From a virus, in IMG/VR virus record IMGVR_UViG_3300020430_000007: a stretch of DNA of 64,000 nt; one strand, 5' to 3'. The notes beneath the pieces are model-generated. The model was not told where the DNA came from and ran no database searches. It was given only the letters and a program-made list of their open reading frames with translations. This document shows, piece by piece, positions 58,522 to 64,000 of the stretch; position 1 is the first letter of the stretch; each line of letters starts with the position of its first letter. A program made the position numbers and the translations under genes.

Positions 58522-59253
58522 TTGTATTCAAGAGTTCTTAGACACATAAAACCTAAAGATCTAAGAGAGAGTATTACTCTTAGATTTACTGAAATCCTCA
58601 ATCCAGTCTTCTGGATTGGGGATTCTCTCAAGCCTGAGGTTAGACAGGCATTGATGAATTTTGCAAGAGCATTTGCTGCTTATGTTGATTTAGATGAAAA
58701 AGCAATAACAGATATATTGTTATTGGGTGGTAATGCGGGGTATAATTATACGTCATACTCAGATTTGGATGTGCATTTGGTGGTCAATCCAAAATATATT
58801 CCAGATTGCAATCCTGATTTGCTTGACCAATTTTTCATGGACAAAAAAACATTATGGGAATTAACACATAATGTTACAATTTATGGTGTAAAAGCAGAAC
58901 CATACATTGAAAAACCAGGCATCACAAGAAAGAAAAGTCAAGGTGTATACAGTATTATGAAAGGGTCATGGGTTCAAGAACCTGAGATGGTAGATGGAGA
59001 TGTGGACGAAAAAGAGATAGAAAAAAAAGTAAATGCTTTTAAGAATCAAATAGATAATCTCATCAAAAATGAAGATGCCAATGGTCTCAAGGAACTCATA
59101 AAAAAATTGAGGAGTTCTAGAGGAACATCATTACAGAAGTATGGAGAGTATGGATTTGAAAATATGGTATTCAAAGAATTGAGAAATCAAGGTTATATTG
59201 ACAAAGTACGGACAGTTGTGGTAAACTTAAAATCAAGAAGTCTTTCCTTATGA
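58522..59253 (+). CDS. Nucleotidyltransferase-fold protein
   Basis: LLGGNAGYNYTSYSDLDVHL (G-x-...-DxD) and GEYGFENMVFKELRNQG; CTAAATA upstream. Confidence 0.7.
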   Translation: MYSRVLRHIKPKDLRESITLRFTEILNPVFWIGDSLKPEVRQALMNFARAFAAYVDLDEKAITDILLLGGNAGYNYTSYSDLDVHLVVNPKYIPDCNPDLLDQFFMDKKTLWELTHNVTIYGVKAEPYIEKPGITRKKSQGVYSIMKGSWVQEPEMVDGDVDEKEIEKKVNAFKNQIDNLIKNEDANGLKELIKKLRSSRGTSLQKYGEYGFENMVFKELRNQGYIDKVRTVVVNLKSRSLSL

Positions 59254-59513
59254 TAAAAATTATATTATTTAAGAACAATCTTGTTCTGGTGTCAAGGATA
59301 GAAGAAGTAAGCACAGATTTAGGAGAACCAGATTGTAAACTCATTGATCCTTTTGAATTGAAAGGAGAATTCTTAGAATCATGGCCGTCGTTTACAACAC
59401 AACGTGAAATGATGGTGCATTCTGATAGTTTTCTTACCATAATTGAACCAGATAAAACACAGTTAGATAAGTATCAGGCATTAACTGCAAAAAATGTCAC
59501 AGAAAAATCTTAA
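59250..59513 (+). CDS. Conserved small hypothetical protein
   Basis: EPDCKLIDP...SDSFLTIIEP; typical position near hsp20 and gp43. Confidence 0.7.
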   Translation: MIKIILFKNNLVLVSRIEEVSTDLGEPDCKLIDPFELKGEFLESWPSFTTQREMMVHSDSFLTIIEPDKTQLDKYQALTAKNVTEKS

Positions 59514-60951
59514 GATATTATGGTTATATCCTAACCAACACATGAGAGTGACACCGCCTGGCGGTGTTGCAATAATATCAGCATGCTTGAAAAGGGCAGG
59601 TTATCATAACATGGAGTTGTTTGATGCTACATGGTATCCTGTAGATAAAAATGAGAGTTTTGCAAGACCTGATAGAGATGTAGAAAGATCTAAAAGACAA
59701 ATGTTTCCTGAGTATAAGTGGGAGAGAAGTGATTTAGATCCTAAAATGTTTATGCTAGAGGATGTTGACATGTACACTGCATGGAGGCAGAAGGTCATAG
59801 ATTATAAACCAGATGTTATTATATCATCAGTTGTAGAAGATACTTATTATCTGTGGAGAAAATTCATGGATCAAGTAACTGATAGAAAATTTATAAGTGT
59901 TGCAGGTGGAGTTTTTTGTACATATTTTCCGCAAGCATTTGAAGGACACGTTGATTATATCCTAAGAGGAGAGGGTGATGAGGTCGTTCCAGAGTTAATG
60001 GATCTTATAAGTGAAGGAAAAGATGGTCATCACTTGATGAATGTTCATCCCAATCCTATGAGACCTGCGATGAATGTCAATAATTTACCACCTACAGACC
60101 ACACAATATTTGATGAAAGGTCTTTGTACAGACCATTTCAAGGTAAAATAATTAAAATTGCAACTGTGGAAACACAACGTGGTTGTCCTTTCAAGTGTAA
60201 GTTTTGTAACTCACCCTCAAATGCAGGGTTGTATAAGGAAGAAACTGACAGTTTATTTTTTAGAAAGAGAACAGTACAACATCAAGAGGAAGAGATTATA
60301 GATTTACTTGAAAAACATCAAATAGAGGTCCTATGGATTGTCACTGATACATTTCTTACCATGTCTAAAAAAGGTTTTGATGAGTGGGCAGAGATGTATT
60401 CAAAATATAAACTCCCTTTCTTTACTCAAACAAGACCTGAATTGCTGACACCTTATCAAGCAAAAACATTAAAGGAACTAGGATGTATAAAAATGAATAT
60501 GGGTGTAGAACATGGTGATCCTCAGTTTCGTAGAGATGTGATAGGGAGAATATATGAAAATGAAAGAGCAATAGAAGCTTTCCGCATAGCTCGAGAGGCA
60601 GGTTTATCAACCACATGTAATTTTATTATAGGATATCCATACGAAACTATGGAACATTGTATGAAATCAGTTGATCTAGCAGCTAGGTTAGGTTGTAATG
60701 ATACCAATGCTTTTATTTACACACCTTATCATGGAACACCCATGAGAGATATGTGTGTAAAAGGTGGGTTTATTGAAGATGACTTAATTGTTGAGATGAG
60801 AAGTGATGATCAGGGAACATATTTAAACATGCCTAAACCATATATGAGTCGTGAGGAAATACAATACATGTTTAATAATTTTGTGAGATTATTTCGTGAA
60901 CGAGAACGAGAGTTGAAAGGAGAGACAATCTCTGCTACAGTGTCAGTATGA
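59494..60951 (+). CDS. Cobalamin-binding-domain (class B-like) radical SAM protein
   Basis: N-terminal PPGGVAIISACLK...VAGG...RGEGDE; RGCPFKCKFC; GVEHG; FIIGYPYET; YTPYHGT. Confidence 0.85.
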   Translation: MSQKNLKILWLYPNQHMRVTPPGGVAIISACLKRAGYHNMELFDATWYPVDKNESFARPDRDVERSKRQMFPEYKWERSDLDPKMFMLEDVDMYTAWRQKVIDYKPDVIISSVVEDTYYLWRKFMDQVTDRKFISVAGGVFCTYFPQAFEGHVDYILRGEGDEVVPELMDLISEGKDGHHLMNVHPNPMRPAMNVNNLPPTDHTIFDERSLYRPFQGKIIKIATVETQRGCPFKCKFCNSPSNAGLYKEETDSLFFRKRTVQHQEEEIIDLLEKHQIEVLWIVTDTFLTMSKKGFDEWAEMYSKYKLPFFTQTRPELLTPYQAKTLKELGCIKMNMGVEHGDPQFRRDVIGRIYENERAIEAFRIAREAGLSTTCNFIIGYPYETMEHCMKSVDLAARLGCNDTNAFIYTPYHGTPMRDMCVKGGFIEDDLIVEMRSDDQGTYLNMPKPYMSREEIQYMFNNFVRLFRERERELKGETISATVSV

Positions 60952-63443
60952 GATACTATACAAACGTGCAGATGGTCGGGAATGATTTTCTCGTCCGAGG
61001 ATATGAGAGTGGCAAGAGTTTTACATCAAGAGAAAAATTTTTCCCTACGATGTATGTGCCTAGTAAGAAAAAAACAAAATATAAAACGTTAGATGGAAAA
61101 TATGTGCAGAGCATAAAACCTGGCACAGTCAAAGAAACTAGAGAATTTATAAAGAATCATGATAATGTGCAGGGTTTTGATATCTATGGCAACAATAGAT
61201 ATATCTATCAATACATCTCAGAAAAATATCCAGAGAATGAAATAAAATTTGATATCAAAAAGATGAACCTAGTTACGATTGACATCGAGGTTCAATCTGA
61301 AAATGGATTTCCTACTGTAGAGAAGTGTGATGAAGAGATGTTACTCATATCACTACAGGATTACAGCACAAAACGTATCCTTACATTTGGTATAGGTCCT
61401 TACAGGACACAGGACAAGATGGTCAAGTATGTGCAGTGTAACGATGAGTATGATTTACTAACACACTTTGTAAACTATTGGTCTGCTGCACCACCCGATG
61501 TCGTTACAGGTTGGAATTGTCAACTGTATGACATACCATACCTTGCAAAACGTATCACTAAAGTTCTAGGTGACAAGGCATGTAAAAAACTATCACCATG
61601 GGGTCTTGTTACACATGAAGAAATATACATGGCAGGTAGACCACACCTTGTGTATGACATTGCAGGTGTAACTGTGCTTGATTATCTAGATTTGTATAAG
61701 AAATTTACGTATAAAGCACAAGAATCGTATAGACTTGATTATATTGGCGAGGTAGAACTAGGTAAAAAAAAGTTAGACCACTCTGAATATGATACATTCA
61801 AGGATTTTTATCGTAAAGCATGGAATAAATTTGTTGATTACAATATTCAAGACGTTAGAATTGTTGACGGTCTTGAAGAGAAAATGAGATTGATTGAACT
61901 TGCTATTACCATGGCATATGATGCCAAAGTAAACTTTACAGATGTGTTCTATCAAGTTAGAATGTGGGATATGATTATATACAATGACCTTAAGAGAAAG
62001 GGCATTGTAATTCCACCTAAAAAGGAGCAAGATAAAAGTGAAAAGTATGCAGGAGCGTATGTTAAAGAACCTATACCTGGTATGTACGATTGGGTTGTTT
62101 CTTTTGACCTCAATAGTCTTTATCCTCATCTTATTATGCAGTACAATATATCTCCAGAAACTGTTTTAGATGAACGTTTTCCATCTGTATCTGTAGATAA
62201 ATTACTAAATGAAGAGATAGACCTTTCAAGTTTACAAGATGTAACTGTTTGTCCTAATGGTGCCATGTTTACCACAAAAAAACGTGGATTCTTACCTAAA
62301 ATCATGGAGAAAATCTATGCAGAACGTGTTATCTTCAAGAAAAAAATGCTTGAGGCAAAAAAGGAGTACGAAAAAACACCTACAAAGCATCTCGAAAAGG
62401 AAATCGCAAGGTGTAACAACATCCAAATGGCGAAAAAAATTCAACTTAATAGTGCCTATGGTGCTATCGGCAATAACTATTTTCGTTATTATATGTTGGC
62501 AAACGCTGAGGCGATTACTCTCGGAGGTCAGTTCTCTATAAGATGGATAGAGAAAAAAATGAATCTTTACATGAACAAAATATTAAAAACGGAGAAAAAA
62601 GATTATGTTATTGCTTCAGATACTGATTCCATTTATCTTCATATGGGTCCTTTGGTCGAAGTTGTATACAAAGGGAGAGAAAAGAATGCTGAAAGCGTCG
62701 TTACGTTCCTTGATAAGGTCTGTGAGGTGGAACTTGAGAAATATATTTCTAATTCTTACGAAGCGTTGGCGACGTATGTAAATGCATATGAGCAAAAGAT
62801 GTTCATGAAACGAGAAACAATCGCTGAACGTGGTATATGGACAGCAAAAAAAAGATATATGCTTAATGCATGGGACATAGAGGGAGTTAGATTTGCTGAA
62901 CCCAAACTTAAGATGATGGGTATTGAAGCAGTTAAATCTTCTACACCTGCACCATGTAGAAAAATGATTAAGGATGCTATTAGTATTATAATGAACGAAT
63001 CAGAAAAGAATGTACAGGAATATATCAAACAAATGAGAATAGATTTTCGTAACATGGATCCCGTTGACATTGCATTTCCTAGAACATGCAATAATATTAG
63101 AAAATACAAAAACAATCTAACAATTTATTCTAAAGGAACTCCCATGCATGTGAGGGGATCATTATTATTCAATCATTATTTGAAGGAAAAAAATTTAGAA
63201 GGTAAATATAATGTAATCAATAATGGTGAAAAAATAAAATTCTGTTATCTAAAAAATCCAAATCCTATTCGTGAAAATGTAATTTCTTTTATAAATGAAT
63301 TTCCAAAGGAGTTTGGTTTATCACCATACATTGATTATGATTTACAATTTGAAAAATCTTTTATTGAACCTTTGAAGGCAATATTAGATTCAATCGGTTG
63401 GTCTGTAGAAAAAACAGCAACTCTAGAATCTTTTTTTATTTAA
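60948..63443 (+). CDS. gp43: Family B DNA polymerase gp43
   Basis: Exonuclease DIE, SFDLNSLYP, KIQLNSAYG, SDTDS. Confidence 0.98.
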   Translation: MRYYTNVQMVGNDFLVRGYESGKSFTSREKFFPTMYVPSKKKTKYKTLDGKYVQSIKPGTVKETREFIKNHDNVQGFDIYGNNRYIYQYISEKYPENEIKFDIKKMNLVTIDIEVQSENGFPTVEKCDEEMLLISLQDYSTKRILTFGIGPYRTQDKMVKYVQCNDEYDLLTHFVNYWSAAPPDVVTGWNCQLYDIPYLAKRITKVLGDKACKKLSPWGLVTHEEIYMAGRPHLVYDIAGVTVLDYLDLYKKFTYKAQESYRLDYIGEVELGKKKLDHSEYDTFKDFYRKAWNKFVDYNIQDVRIVDGLEEKMRLIELAITMAYDAKVNFTDVFYQVRMWDMIIYNDLKRKGIVIPPKKEQDKSEKYAGAYVKEPIPGMYDWVVSFDLNSLYPHLIMQYNISPETVLDERFPSVSVDKLLNEEIDLSSLQDVTVCPNGAMFTTKKRGFLPKIMEKIYAERVIFKKKMLEAKKEYEKTPTKHLEKEIARCNNIQMAKKIQLNSAYGAIGNNYFRYYMLANAEAITLGGQFSIRWIEKKMNLYMNKILKTEKKDYVIASDTDSIYLHMGPLVEVVYKGREKNAESVVTFLDKVCEVELEKYISNSYEALATYVNAYEQKMFMKRETIAERGIWTAKKRYMLNAWDIEGVRFAEPKLKMMGIEAVKSSTPAPCRKMIKDAISIIMNESEKNVQEYIKQMRIDFRNMDPVDIAFPRTCNNIRKYKNNLTIYSKGTPMHVRGSLLFNHYLKEKNLEGKYNVINNGEKIKFCYLKNPNPIRENVISFINEFPKEFGLSPYIDYDLQFEKSFIEPLKAILDSIGWSVEKTATLESFFI

Positions 63444-63474
63444 TGCTATAATGTAAACGTTATCTATCACAAAA

Positions 63475-63804
63475 ATGATTTTATTATCCTGCCCACCAGT
63501 TTATACTTTGCCAGGCACATGGCAAAAATTTGACCCAGAAACTTGTAAGTCATATATTATTCCTCATGCACACCTGCAAGGTGGTGCTGCTTTTGCAGTA
63601 TTCATTGCTTTTATAGTTTTAGTATTTTTATTTTATGGTATTTACATGACTTTTGGAAGTGGTGGTAAAGACCTCAAAGATGAAATTAAGGAACATGCTA
63701 GAATGCATGAGCTGGGTATCGCTCATGGTCATGAGGGAGGACATCCAGTAATGACACAAAAGGCACAAGAGCAAGACTATCCACAACATCACCATACAAA
63801 ATGA
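63475..63804 (+). CDS. PsbN-like membrane protein with N- and C-terminal extensions
   Basis: TM helix followed by YGIYMTFGSGGKDLKDEIKEH, similar to PsbN Y..YTAFG..S..LRDPFEEH; His-rich tail; TGcTATAAT upstream. Confidence 0.55.
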   Translation: MILLSCPPVYTLPGTWQKFDPETCKSYIIPHAHLQGGAAFAVFIAFIVLVFLFYGIYMTFGSGGKDLKDEIKEHARMHELGIAHGHEGGHPVMTQKAQEQDYPQHHHTK

Positions 63805-64000
63805 TTTTTGAAAAATTGAGTCTTGTTACTGGAGGTTTTGACCCCTTACACAGTGGACACATACAATATTTTGCTAGGGCAAAAGATTTGTCTAACTACC
63901 TTATTGTAGGATTGAATGGTGATCCATGGTTGACACGTAAGAAAGGACAATACTTTCAATCTTGGACAGAACGTGCAGATATTATACGTCATCTTGACAT
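63801..64000 (+). CDS. Cytidylyltransferase-family protein, 3'-truncated by the window edge
   Basis: Read by hand: VTGGFDPLHSGH (HxGH), LIVGLNGD.WLTRKKG. Confidence 0.85.
   Translation, partial: MIFEKLSLVTGGFDPLHSGHIQYFARAKDLSNYLIVGLNGDPWLTRKKGQYFQSWTERADIIRHLD

Noticed and set aside
29894-63443. Introns, inteins or homing endonucleases in gp17, gp20, gp23, uvsW or gp43; alternative genetic code; tRNAs
   Set aside because: Core genes are uninterrupted and of normal length in the standard code; no LAGLIDADG, HNH, GIY-YIG or cloverleaf signatures were seen.

Overview
AT-rich, densely coding segment of a T4-like marine cyanophage (myovirus) genome. The host is most likely Prochlorococcus, judged from the low GC and Prochlorococcus-type hli genes. 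Almost all genes are on the + strand. The order is baseplate and large virion proteins (1-19.5 kb), a tail fibre, neck gp13-15, terminase gp16/17, tail gp18/19, head gp20-23, then gp3, uvsY, uvsW, gp55, gp47, gp46, a host-derived photoprotection/membrane block, and replication genes gp45, gp44, gp62, regA, hsp20 and gp43. Accessory enzyme cassettes sit between core genes: (1) at 19.7-22.7 kb an NDT-like protein, a SAM methyltransferase, a codon-optimised ferritin-like diiron protein and two convergent sulfotransferase-fold paralogues (the best candidate for an undescribed system); (2) between gp17 and gp18 a stand-alone SPASM-like protein, a radical SAM protein and a sulfotransferase; (3) just before gp43 a nucleotidyltransferase-like gene and a B12-type radical SAM gene. 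Non-coding signals include late promoters (C/A)TAAATA, sigma70-type promoters, an RpaB-type HLR1 box on the hli promoter, a structured ~110-nt leader before an outer-membrane-protein-like gene, and an antisense promoter upstream of gp55. About ten ORFs under 60 aa that are missing from the ORF track were read by hand. No tRNA, rRNA, CRISPR array, intron or intein was seen. All functional calls come from motif recognition and synteny, not database searches.
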